This document shows positions 9,755 to 18,806 of a DNA stretch of 64,000 nt, piece by piece. The position numbers were made by a program, and so were the translations under genes. Under the pieces are notes generated by a model that saw only the letters and a list, made by a program, of their open reading frames with translations, ran no database searches and was not told where the DNA came from. How positions within the stretch are numbered: position 1 is the stretch's first letter; every line of letters starts with the position of its first letter. This stretch comes from an uncultured Candidatus Saccharibacteria bacterium (lineage in GTDB: Bacteria > Patescibacteriota > Saccharimonadia > Saccharimonadales > JACDBH01): the NCBI GenBank assembly GCA_964641015.1, contig CAZXJN010000004.1, positions 2,659 to 66,658 of the forward strand. The letters are read 5' to 3'.

Positions 9755-10345
9755 ATGAATATTGAAGATATCAAACGACTCAAAGAATTAACTGGTGTTG
9801 GTCTGACCGACGCCAAGGCTGCGCTGACAGAAGCAGATGGTGATTTTGATAAGGCACTCGAAGCTATGCGCAAGAAAGGCATGACCAAGGCTGAAAAGCG
9901 CGGTGAGCGTGAAGCCCGCCAAGGTCTTGTCGGTACCTACAATCATGACAACCGCATTGGCGTTGTCGTAGAGATCAACTGCGAGACCGACTTTGTGGCC
10001 CGCAACGAGATCTTTGCTGATCTAGTCAAGGACGTAGCTATGCACGTTGCTGCCAGCAACCCTGAGTTCGTGAGCGCGGAGGATATTCCGAGTGATATCC
10101 GCGAGGCCAAGAAGAGCGAACTACTAGAAAGCGAAGCTCTGAAAGACAAGCCAGCTGAAATGGCTGAGAAAATCGTCGAAGGCCAGATCAATAAGTACTT
10201 TGCAGAGCGCTGCCTGCTGGACCAGCCGTTCATCAAGAACCCTGACCAGACTGTCGGCGACTATGTCAAAGACCACAATGCCCGCCTCGGCGAAAACATT
10301 GTCGTCCGCCGTTTCTCAAGAATTGCACTCGGTGAAGTAGCCTAA
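9755..10345 (+). CDS. tsf: Elongation factor Ts (short form)
   Basis: N-terminal UBA-like IKRLKELTGVGLTDAKAALTEADGDFDKALEAMRKKG. ATG at 9755 is preceded by GGAGAA; the upstream part of track ORF 9665 looks non-coding. Confidence 0.9.
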   Translation: MNIEDIKRLKELTGVGLTDAKAALTEADGDFDKALEAMRKKGMTKAEKRGEREARQGLVGTYNHDNRIGVVVEINCETDFVARNEIFADLVKDVAMHVAASNPEFVSAEDIPSDIREAKKSELLESEALKDKPAEMAEKIVEGQINKYFAERCLLDQPFIKNPDQTVGDYVKDHNARLGENIVVRRFSRIALGEVA

Positions 10346-10440
10346 CAGGATACAGCGATGAGCCTAAGGGGTGAGTGCGGACAGCTTCGCTCCTTGGGCT
10401 GTATACTATAAACTATGAGTCACACTAAGGAGCGAGCCCT

Positions 10441-11004
10441 ATGACCCCGAGCCAAGTTATTAGCGAAGCAGAAAGCAAGTTCAAAAAAGCTTACGAACAT
10501 TTTTTAGAAGAGATTAAAAAAATCCGCACCGGTCGGGCGCATCCCGGCATGCTCGATGGCGTCATGGTTGAGGCTTACGGAGCTCCTATGCCGCTGAACC
10601 AGGTTAGCACCATTACTGCTCCTGATGCGCAGCTGCTGCAAATCACGCCTTTTGACCCGAATAATCTGCAGGCGATTGTTTCAGCAATCCGGGATAATCC
10701 AAGCCTGGGCCTAAACCCGAGTGATGACGGCCGGGTGGTTCGCGTACCGATTCCAGCACTGACAGAAGAGCGCCGGCGGGAAATTGCCAAAACGCTCAGC
10801 GGCAAGGTAGAGGACGCGATGATTTCTATTCGCGGCGTGAGGCGGGATGCAATCGATTCGCTGAATAAAGCCAAAAAAGACAAAGATATCTCAGAAGATG
10901 ATGCCAAGCGCTTCTCGGCGCAGGTTGAAGAGCTTATGAGCAAGCAAAAAGCTGAGATTGAAGCCAGTGCCAAGGCCAAAGAAACTGAAATTATGACGGT
11001 CTAG
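10441..11004 (+). CDS. frr: Ribosome recycling factor
   Basis: IRTGRAHPGMLDGVMVEAYG and LTEERRREIAK. SD AAGGAG lies upstream. Confidence 0.95.
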   Translation: MTPSQVISEAESKFKKAYEHFLEEIKKIRTGRAHPGMLDGVMVEAYGAPMPLNQVSTITAPDAQLLQITPFDPNNLQAIVSAIRDNPSLGLNPSDDGRVVRVPIPALTEERRREIAKTLSGKVEDAMISIRGVRRDAIDSLNKAKKDKDISEDDAKRFSAQVEELMSKQKAEIEASAKAKETEIMTV

Positions 11005-11028
11005 TACAGGCGGATATCTACACTTATA

Positions 11029-11736
11029 ATGGCAAATTACTCCTCTAAAAAGATTATTCTTCCAGCCCATATCGGGTTTATTATGGACGGTAATCGGCGG
11101 TGGGCCAGAGAACAGAACCTCCCTACGCTCAAAGGACACTACCAGGGCGCGCAGGCTTTAAAAGCCACTGCACTTTCGGCTATAAATGCCGGAATCAAAT
11201 ACGTGTCAGTCTACGCATTTTCTACCGAGAACTGGAATCGTCCAAAAAGCGAAGTGAGTTATTTAATGAAGCTCATTATTAAGTTTGTTGATGAATATAC
11301 TGACGAGCTGGAAGAGAATGAAGTTCGGCTTGTGCATATGGGTTCACGGGAGGGTCTACCAAAAAACGTTCTACAGGCCATAGATAAGGCAGTCAAAAAA
11401 ACAGAGCGTTTTGACAGGGGTACGATAGCGCTCTGTATAAATTATGGCGGCCACCAGGAGATTGTGGATGCTGCCAAAAAATTGCTCAGGCAAAATATTG
11501 ATCCAAAGCGCCTGAGTGTTCGCGAATTTGAGAGGGCTTTATATATGCCGGAGATTCCGCCAGTTGATTTGGTGGTGCGAACCTCTGGCGAGTACCGCAC
11601 CAGCGGATTTATGCTGTGGCGGGCTGCCTATGCCGAGTATGTGTTCATTGATAAATACTGGCCTGATTTTACCAAGCAGGATTTGAAGATGGTGCTTTTG
11701 TATTATGCCAAGCGCCAGCGCCGCTTCGGCTCCTAA
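11029..11736 (+). CDS. uppS: Undecaprenyl diphosphate synthase
   Basis: HIGFIMDGNRRWA and RTSGEYRTSGFMLW motifs. Confidence 0.9.
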   Translation: MANYSSKKIILPAHIGFIMDGNRRWAREQNLPTLKGHYQGAQALKATALSAINAGIKYVSVYAFSTENWNRPKSEVSYLMKLIIKFVDEYTDELEENEVRLVHMGSREGLPKNVLQAIDKAVKKTERFDRGTIALCINYGGHQEIVDAAKKLLRQNIDPKRLSVREFERALYMPEIPPVDLVVRTSGEYRTSGFMLWRAAYAEYVFIDKYWPDFTKQDLKMVLLYYAKRQRRFGS

Positions 11737-11747
11737 CTTTTGTAACG

Positions 11748-11790
11748 CAGCTTAGGCATACTCTGGCATAGCCAGCGCTTGCCTAAGCTG
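11748..11790 (+). terminator. Strong nested hairpin just after the uppS stop (no U-tract)
   Basis: CAGCTTAGGCA (11748-11758) pairs with TGCCTAAGCTG (11780-11790). An inner CTGGC/GCCAG stem lies between the arms. Confidence 0.4.
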
Positions 11791-11892
11791 CTTGCGGCGT
11801 ATGGCACGATTTTTCCTCGCAAATGCTCACTCACTGTATCGTGTGTACACCTCATTGCGCTTTACGAAGGAAGAAATCACGCCATACATCCA

Positions 11893-12012
11893 CATACAAA
11901 AGTTAGGACGCCCGTACTCGATTATCCAAATGCAAGGCTCAGGGTATTTACTCAAATCCGCATACAAAACTTAGGGTGTCTCGCTCAAATCCAAATGCGA
12001 GGCTCAGGCGGG
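11893..12012. repeat. Imperfect direct repeat (~52 nt x2, period 68) in the uppS-rseP spacer
   Basis: Copy 1 at 11893-11945: catacaaaagttaggacgcccgtactcgattatccaaatgcaaggctcagggt. Copy 2 at 11961-12012: catacaaaacttagggtgtctcgctcaaatccaaatgcgaggctcaggcggg. Confidence 0.6.
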
Positions 12013-12091
12013 TCGACTTTTGCATATTGCCGCTAAATTGGCGCATCAATAACTTTCGACTTTTAACTTTCTACTTTATACTAATTACGAA

Positions 12092-13234
12092 ATGGGAATA
12101 CTGTATTTTATCCTAGGGCTTATTTTGTTTATCTGCCTGGTGCTCGTGCATGAGTGGGGGCATTATATTATGGCTCGCCGGGGCAAGGTAGGGGTAGAGG
12201 AGTTCGGGCTCGGCTTTCCGCCGCGGGCAAAAATCCTGACACGCCGAAACGGTACAATTTTTAGTCTAAACTGGCTGCCGCTTGGCGGCTTTGTAAAGCT
12301 CAAGGGTGAGCACGATATTGATACCGAGCCGGGCACGTTTGGCGCCGCTGATACTTGGACAAAAATCAAGATTATGATGGCTGGTGTCGTTATGAATTTC
12401 ATCACGGCATTCGTGCTGTTTTCCATCGTGGCGCTCATCGGAATGCCTAAACTTCTCGACAATCAAACGACAGTTGCCAGTGATACGCAGATTATCCAGC
12501 GTCCTGAGAACGAGGGGGTAATTCTTATTGGTCAGGTGGTTGATGATTCGCCCGCACAGCGTGCAGGACTTGCGGAAGAGGACAGGATCGTATCAATTGA
12601 CGGACAAGAGATTGCATCACCAGAGCAGATATCTGAAGCCACGCAGTCGAACGCCGGGCAGGAGGTGCTGGTAGTTGTTGAGCGGTCGGGCGAAGAGATT
12701 TCTTATGATGTGCGGCTCAACGAGACAGCGCCGCATCTTGGCATTGGGTCATATTCAGCGCAGACCGGCCTGGAGATACGGCGCTCTACGTGGTCAGCTC
12801 CGATTGTGGCAGCCGGAGTAATGCGCGACTTTACCGTTGCAACCATGAAAGGACTCGGTAATGCGCTAGCTGGGCTGGGCTCGATTGTGGCAGGGGCAGT
12901 CACGGGCAACCACGAAGCACGGCAGGCAGGACAGGCCGAGGCTTCGAACCAAGTAGCAGGTCCGGTCGGTATATTTGCGGTGCTCTATGAGATTTCAAAG
13001 CAAGGTGTTGGGCTTGTGCTGTTTATTATCGCTATTATTTCTCTGACGCTTGCAATTATGAATGCGCTGCCGATTCCGGCGCTCGATGGCGGACGCTTGT
13101 TTGTCACGCTTGTGTATCGTGCGTTTAAAAAGCCGCTAAGGCCAGAGGTAGAAGAACGCATTCACGGTACCGGGTTTATGATTTTGATGCTGCTATTCTT
13201 GCTCATAACAATAGTCGATATACAGCGGCTGTAG
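12092..13234 (+). CDS. rseP: Site-2 (M50) intramembrane zinc metalloprotease with PDZ domain
   Basis: HEWGHYIMAR (HExxH), PDZ-like DSPAQRAGLAEEDRIVSIDGQEI and NALPIPALDGG. Confidence 0.85.
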   Translation: MGILYFILGLILFICLVLVHEWGHYIMARRGKVGVEEFGLGFPPRAKILTRRNGTIFSLNWLPLGGFVKLKGEHDIDTEPGTFGAADTWTKIKIMMAGVVMNFITAFVLFSIVALIGMPKLLDNQTTVASDTQIIQRPENEGVILIGQVVDDSPAQRAGLAEEDRIVSIDGQEIASPEQISEATQSNAGQEVLVVVERSGEEISYDVRLNETAPHLGIGSYSAQTGLEIRRSTWSAPIVAAGVMRDFTVATMKGLGNALAGLGSIVAGAVTGNHEARQAGQAEASNQVAGPVGIFAVLYEISKQGVGLVLFIIAIISLTLAIMNALPIPALDGGRLFVTLVYRAFKKPLRPEVEERIHGTGFMILMLLFLLITIVDIQRL

Positions 13235-14023
13235 GTGGCGGGACCGGTGGATATACGCATGGACAAGCCGCATAAAACCAAGCCGTTTTTTCGATCCGAT
13301 CCCGTAGCGTCCATAGTGCTGTTGTTCGTGGTGTTTTTGGCGAGCCAATTTGTGGCTGCGCTGCTCGTTAGCCTGTATCCGGCAGTGCGAAGCTGGACAG
13401 ATGCTGAAGCGACCGCATGGCTTGGCACTATCACCGGCAGGTTTGTTTTTGTGCTGGTTGCTGAAGCGCTGGCAATAGGCATGACACTAGAGCTTGTTAA
13501 GCGGGCCAGAGTATCGCTGCGGCGAGTTGGTCTGGTGCGGCCAAAATTCAGGGATATTGGCTGGGCGCTCATAGCTTATGGGCTATATTTTTTGGTATAT
13601 CTGGCAGTAATTATTGCAGTGCGCGCCTTCCTGCCAAGCATTGACCTGGATCAGGAACAGCAGATAGGGTTTGAGTCTGCTCATCTGACGAGCGAGCTGG
13701 TGATGACATTTCTGGCGCTGGTAGTTTTCGTGCCAATCGCCGAGGAGATTATGTTCAGGGGATTTTTGCTTTCGAGCCTGAGGGCTAAGTATGCATTCTG
13801 GCCCGCAGCAATTATTACCGGAATATTGTTTGGAGCAGCACATTTGCAGTTTGGCTCGAACGCGCCACTGCTATGGGTGGCAGCGATCGATACCTTTATC
13901 CTGTCGTGTTTCCTTTGCTACCTAAAAGAGAGGCTGGGCAGCGTATGGGCGCCGATTAGCCTGCATGCGATTAAAAACGGTGTTGCCTTCATGGTGCTTT
14001 TTGCTCCTCGGCTGTTCCTCTAG
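13235..14023 (+). CDS. CPBP (CAAX) family intramembrane protease
   Basis: EEIMFRGFL and FGAAH motifs with multiple TM helices. Alternative ATG start at 13259. Confidence 0.75.
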   Translation: MAGPVDIRMDKPHKTKPFFRSDPVASIVLLFVVFLASQFVAALLVSLYPAVRSWTDAEATAWLGTITGRFVFVLVAEALAIGMTLELVKRARVSLRRVGLVRPKFRDIGWALIAYGLYFLVYLAVIIAVRAFLPSIDLDQEQQIGFESAHLTSELVMTFLALVVFVPIAEEIMFRGFLLSSLRAKYAFWPAAIITGILFGAAHLQFGSNAPLLWVAAIDTFILSCFLCYLKERLGSVWAPISLHAIKNGVAFMVLFAPRLFL

Positions 14024-14121
14024 GGGTTATCTGTTACAATACGCCTAAGATTATGAACAGTACTCTCAACAAAATTCTTCCATACATGCCCGTCAAGGGT
14101 GTATAATAATTTTATTCAATA

Positions 14122-14141
14122 TTTCACAAATTTTCACAAAT
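14122..14141 (+). repeat. Perfect tandem 10-mer TTTCACAAAT x2 in the proS 5' region
   Basis: Copies at 14122-14131 and 14132-14141. They lie between a TATAAT hexamer (14102-14107) and the SD AGGGAG. Confidence 0.7.
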
Positions 14142-14169
14142 ATTTTAGGGAGCAAATAAGAAGTACAAG

Positions 14170-15417
14170 ATGAAAGCTTCACAACTTTTCACCAAAACCA
14201 AGAAACAAGCCCCTGCTGATGAGCAGGCAAAGAACGCGCAGCTCCTCATTCGGGCAGGATACGTCTACAAGGAGATGGCAGGTGTCTATGCGTATCTGCC
14301 GCTGGGGCTAAGGGTAATCGAAAATATTAAACAAATTGTCCGCGAAGAGATGGACAACATTCAAAGCAACGAGCTGATTATGACAGGCCTGCAGCGTAAA
14401 GAGGTTTGGGAGAAGACGGGTCGTTGGAACGACGAGGTTGTGGATATTTGGTTTAAGACAGCGCTCCAGGATGGCACTGAGCTTGGTCTTGGCTGGAGCC
14501 ACGAAGAGCCTATTGTTGAAATGATGAAAGGCTATGTGAGCAGCTATAAGGACCTGCCAATAAGCCTCTATCAGTTTCAGACCAAGATGCGTAACGAGCT
14601 AAGGGCGAAAAGCGGGGTTATGCGCGGCCGCGAATTCATTATGAAGGACATGTATTCATTCCATGCGACTGCTGAAGACCTCGAAAATTACTACAACCAG
14701 ACTATCGAAGCATATCAGCGCGTATTCAAGCGGCTTGGTATTGGAGACGACACCTACGTGACGTTTGCCTCAGGTGGTGCCTTTACAAAATTTAGCCACG
14801 AATTTCAGACCATTTGCGACGCGGGCGAGGACGTGATTTATTTGCATCGTGAAAAAAATATTGCAGTCAACGAAGAGGTAATTGATGAGGCAATCAAAGA
14901 GCTTGACCTGAGTCCTAATGAGCTTGAGAAGGTCAAAACTGCAGAAGTCGGTAACATTTTTAACTTCGGTACGCAAAAAACAGATGAAATGGGGCTTTAC
15001 TACACGGACGCTCAGGGCCAGCAGCAATCACTGCACATTGGTAGTTACGGCATCGGCATATCCCGTCTTATGGGAGTGATTGCAGAGAAGACAAGTGACG
15101 ATCGTGGCCTGGTGTGGTCTGATCAGGTCGCCCCATTCCGCGTGTACCTGGCAAGTCTTGGGCAGGACGAGCCAGTTATGAGGGCTGCTCGTGAGCTCTA
15201 TGCCAGTCTGCAAGACCAAGGAATTACCGTACTGTGGGATGATCGTGATGTTCGGCCAGGTGAGAAGTTCGCTGATGCCGATCTTATTGGGATACCGCAC
15301 CGTATTGTCATCAGCAGCAAAACCCTAGAAAACAACACGCTAGAGTACAAGCATCGAACTGCAAATCAGCCAGAGAACATCTCGGCAGCAGAACTAAAAA
15401 ATAAGTTGAATAGTTAA
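14170..15417 (+). CDS. proS: Prolyl-tRNA synthetase, bacterial-type N-terminus but short (415 aa, no INS domain)
   Basis: N-terminus MKASQLFTKTKKQAPADEQAKNAQLLIRAGY, motif 2 GVMRGREFIMKDMYSFH, motif 3 GSYGIGISR and a C-terminal anticodon-binding domain. Confidence 0.9.
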   Translation: MKASQLFTKTKKQAPADEQAKNAQLLIRAGYVYKEMAGVYAYLPLGLRVIENIKQIVREEMDNIQSNELIMTGLQRKEVWEKTGRWNDEVVDIWFKTALQDGTELGLGWSHEEPIVEMMKGYVSSYKDLPISLYQFQTKMRNELRAKSGVMRGREFIMKDMYSFHATAEDLENYYNQTIEAYQRVFKRLGIGDDTYVTFASGGAFTKFSHEFQTICDAGEDVIYLHREKNIAVNEEVIDEAIKELDLSPNELEKVKTAEVGNIFNFGTQKTDEMGLYYTDAQGQQQSLHIGSYGIGISRLMGVIAEKTSDDRGLVWSDQVAPFRVYLASLGQDEPVMRAARELYASLQDQGITVLWDDRDVRPGEKFADADLIGIPHRIVISSKTLENNTLEYKHRTANQPENISAAELKNKLNS

Positions 15418-15446
15418 AGCGACGGGTCTATACTAAAAATCAGAAG

Positions 15447-15478
15447 CTGGTCGCTATATAAAAAAGCGCCAGTTTTTT
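15447..15478 (+). terminator. Rho-independent terminator after proS
   Basis: CTGGTCGC pairs with GCGCCAG (one bulge), followed by TTTTTT at 15473-15478. Confidence 0.55.
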
Positions 15479-15496
15479 ATACGAAAGGATAAAACG

Positions 15497-15958
15497 ATGA
15501 AAAAGCACTACCATTTGACCCAAGAGGGCTTGGCTGAGCTCAAGGCTGAGCTCGCCGAATTGACTGCTCGCCGTGCTGTGATTGCTGAAGAGATTGCTGC
15601 TGCTCGCTCACAAGGCGACTTGTCAGAAAATGCTGAATACCACGAAGCCAAGGAAGAGCAGGGCAGAAACGAAGGCCGTATCGAAGAAATTGAAGGCATT
15701 CTGGCAAGTGCCGAAGTGATCGCAAAGCCAAAGGATGACCACAAAGTCCGACTTGGCTCAAAGGTCAAGCTCAAAACTGAGGAAGGCAAAACGAAAGAAT
15801 TCCAGATTGTAGGCACTGTCGAAGCTGATCCGCTCAATGGCAAAATCAGCGACGAATCGCCCATCGGCCAAGCGCTGATTGGCAAAAAAGAAGGCGAAGA
15901 GGTCGAAATCAAAACCCCCGCTGAAACAGCTATCTACACCATCGCGGATATATCCTAA
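15497..15958 (+). CDS. greA: Transcription elongation factor GreA
   Basis: LTQEGLAELKAELAEL and GDLSENAEYHEAKEEQ in the coiled-coil, then a C-terminal FKBP-like domain. Confidence 0.9.
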   Translation: MKKHYHLTQEGLAELKAELAELTARRAVIAEEIAAARSQGDLSENAEYHEAKEEQGRNEGRIEEIEGILASAEVIAKPKDDHKVRLGSKVKLKTEEGKTKEFQIVGTVEADPLNGKISDESPIGQALIGKKEGEEVEIKTPAETAIYTIADIS

Positions 15959-16060
15959 AAGTTGAGAAAATAGAGCCAGCGACTAGAGAAGGTTCAGCTT
16001 TTAGGCTATACTTTGCTTAGTTTCTCATTACTAATTCCTAATTTCTATTTACCAAACAAC

Positions 16061-17581
16061 ATGGCAACACTCAAAGATTTTCGCGACGAACGACTGCGCA
16101 AGCTGGCTGATTTGAAAGAGCTGGGCGTCAACCCGTATCCGGCAAAAACTACGCGCACGCATACCCTCGATCAGATTACTGATGAGTTTGATGCGCTGCA
16201 GGGCAGCGTAGTCAATGTAGCAGGCCGTATCAAATCGATACGCAAGTTTGGCAAAATCGCTTTCATTGTGATTCGCGACCAAGCAGGCGAGGTGCAGTTG
16301 TTTTGGCGGAGCAGCGATACCGCACATGCCAATCGGGGCAATAGCGAGCTGCTGCTATCAGATATCAATTTGCTCGACAGCGGTGATTTTGTTGAGGCGC
16401 ATGGTCCTGTCATCAAAACGCAAACCGGCGAAATATCAGTAGAGGTTCAAACGCTGAGGCTACTCACCAAGGCGCTGCGGCCCATGCCAAGCGAGCAGGA
16501 TGGTTTTACCGACAAAGAGCAACGGATGCGCCGCCGGTATGTTGATATGAATGTCAACCGGGATGTTCGTGAGCGATTTGTACGCCGCAGTAAGTTCTGG
16601 CAGGCCACGCGTGATTTTCTAAACAAAGAAGGCTTCACCGAAATCAATATTCCCGTGCTAGAGCACACGACGGGCGGTGCAGACGCCAATCCGTTCGTCA
16701 CTCATATGGATGCGCTGGGCCAGGACTTTTATCTGCGTATTAGCCACGAGTTGCCGTTGAAGCGCTTGCTGGTTGCTGGCTTTGAAAAGGTGTATGACAT
16801 CGGACCGCGCTTTAGAAACGAAAACTACTCTGACGAGCATCTGCCTGAACACGTTGCTATGGAGTGGTACTGGGCCTATGCTGACTGGGAAATGGGAATG
16901 CGCATGACACAAGACATGGTGCGCTTTATTGCTGATCAGACATGGGGTACTCGCAAATTTACACTCGCCAATGGCATGGAGGTAGATCTTGGCCGGGATG
17001 GCGAGGACTGGCCGCGCGTAAGCTTCGTTGAGATTATTAAAGAGCGCTACGGCTTGGATGTGTTCACCTGCACCCTCGAGGAGGTGAAGGCGCAGCTGCA
17101 AAAGCACAACCTCGAAGTAGAGAAATCAGACAATCGTTCACGCGGTATAGACAAGCTATGGAAAAAGATTCGCGCTGAGCTGCCAGGTCCAGCATTTTTG
17201 GTTGGTATTCCTGATTTTCTGCAGCCGCTTGCTAAGATCAACCAGGATGATGGCCGGCTGAGCGAACAGTTTAACTTACTGCTTGGCGGTACAGAAGCCT
17301 GCAAGGCGTACTCAGAGCTTAATGATCCCCTGCAGCAGCTTGAAAACTTTGCTGAACAGCAGCGAATGCGTGATGCGGGCGATGACGAAGCGATGATGAT
17401 GGATATAGATTATGTAGAGGCGCTCGAATACGGTATGCCGCCGGCATGCGGCTATGGCAACAGCGAACGATTATTCTGGATGCTCGAGGGCGTGACTGCT
17501 CGTGAGGGAGTGCCATTCCCGCAGCTCCGTCATGAAATCGACGAGACTACCCGAAGTATTTATTCTGATTTAAATCTATAA
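16061..17581 (+). CDS. lysS: Lysyl-tRNA synthetase, class II
   Basis: NPYP near the N-terminus, OB-fold region and motif 2 GPRFRNENYSDEHLPEH. Start set at ATG 16061 (MATLKDFRDERLRK). Confidence 0.9.
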   Translation: MATLKDFRDERLRKLADLKELGVNPYPAKTTRTHTLDQITDEFDALQGSVVNVAGRIKSIRKFGKIAFIVIRDQAGEVQLFWRSSDTAHANRGNSELLLSDINLLDSGDFVEAHGPVIKTQTGEISVEVQTLRLLTKALRPMPSEQDGFTDKEQRMRRRYVDMNVNRDVRERFVRRSKFWQATRDFLNKEGFTEINIPVLEHTTGGADANPFVTHMDALGQDFYLRISHELPLKRLLVAGFEKVYDIGPRFRNENYSDEHLPEHVAMEWYWAYADWEMGMRMTQDMVRFIADQTWGTRKFTLANGMEVDLGRDGEDWPRVSFVEIIKERYGLDVFTCTLEEVKAQLQKHNLEVEKSDNRSRGIDKLWKKIRAELPGPAFLVGIPDFLQPLAKINQDDGRLSEQFNLLLGGTEACKAYSELNDPLQQLENFAEQQRMRDAGDDEAMMMDIDYVEALEYGMPPACGYGNSERLFWMLEGVTAREGVPFPQLRHEIDETTRSIYSDLNL

Positions 17582-18003
17582 ACTATGCAGGCCTCTATAG
17601 AACGACCCGTACTCGCTATCGTCAGTGACAGCGAGCTTGCCCCGGAAGTGAGCGAAGCTTTTGCAATTGCTACATCACTTTCTGAAAGAGGCTTTTCTGT
17701 TATTAGGGGTGATGATGAATACCGGCTTTTCACCTAAAGGTTGATGAGCTGCACGTCGCACTGAAATCGGTGTGCAAAATAGTGTCGACTCGATCAAAAA
17801 AGCTGCACGTCGCATCAGCTCACTTTACGGTAGTTGATCTGGATGATACTAGTGAAATGAAGCTCTCCATCTACAGGGATAATGCGAAGGTTGTGTCGCT
17901 GGATACTGACTTTGACCAAGGCCTGCTCGACCATTTTCGGACGGTCGCCTGAGCGAGCCCAAGATGCTACAATAGGGTGAGTAACAGTACAAGGGGTGAG
18001 TAA

Positions 18004-18306
18004 GTGAAAGCAGTTTGGAAAGACCACGTTATTGCCGAAGCAGACAAAGAAGATCTTATTTATATAGAAGGGAACTGGTATTTCCCGCCGTCTGCTGTGA
18101 ACTTTGACTACCTGCAAGAAAGCCCCACCCCCTATACCTGCCCGTGGAAAGGCGAGTGCCAGTACTACAATGTCGGCCAGGGCGAAGACTTCAGTCCTGA
18201 CAATGCCTGGACATACCCGGAGCCATTACCGCGCGCTATCGAAATAGTCAAAAAAGACTTTTCCGGCTACGTTGCATTCTGGAAAGATGTCACTGTTTCA
18301 GAATAA
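18004..18306 (+). CDS. DUF427-family protein
   Basis: MKAVWKDHVIAE...IEGNWYFPPSAVNFDYL...CPWKGECQYYNV pattern. GTG start. Confidence 0.7.
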   Translation: MKAVWKDHVIAEADKEDLIYIEGNWYFPPSAVNFDYLQESPTPYTCPWKGECQYYNVGQGEDFSPDNAWTYPEPLPRAIEIVKKDFSGYVAFWKDVTVSE

Positions 18307-18308
18307 GC

Positions 18309-18806
18309 ATGAAGGATGTTTTCAAACCTGAACAAGCGGCTTTTGCAGCCGGATGTTTTTGGGGAGTGCAGTATTATTTTGATCAGGTGCCAGGGGTGAC
18401 GGAGACTGTTGCTGGCTACACAGGCGGGCATGCCAAAGATCCAACGTACGAAGAGGTATGTGCTGGCCAGACCGGTCACGCGGAAGCGGTGCTGGTTAGC
18501 TACCATCCAGATAAAGTCAGTTTCAAGCAGCTGCTTCGCCATTTTTTCCGCCTGCACGATCCAACTCAGGTAAACCGCCAGGGCCCGGACATAGGCCCGC
18601 AGTATCGCTCGGCGGTGTTTTGCTCTACGCCAGAGCAGCGCCAGCTGGCCCGCCAGGCAAAATCAGAACTGAATGAATCAAGCAAAAGGCCAATCGCTAC
18701 CCAGATCCGACCGCTAATGGAATTTTGGACAGCCGAAGATTATCACCAAAAATTCACCCAGCGCACCGGCCGTGGCATGTGCCACGTAGCCTACGAGCCA
18801 TTGTAG
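18309..18806 (+). CDS. msrA: Peptide methionine-S-sulfoxide reductase
   Basis: Active-site GCFWG, then GYTGG and HAEAV motifs. Confidence 0.9.
   Translation: MKDVFKPEQAAFAAGCFWGVQYYFDQVPGVTETVAGYTGGHAKDPTYEEVCAGQTGHAEAVLVSYHPDKVSFKQLLRHFFRLHDPTQVNRQGPDIGPQYRSAVFCSTPEQRQLARQAKSELNESSKRPIATQIRPLMEFWTAEDYHQKFTQRTGRGMCHVAYEPL

Noticed and set aside
11893-12012. CRISPR array
   Set aside because: There are only two diverged ~52-nt copies, no regular spacer-repeat periodicity and no cas genes in the window.
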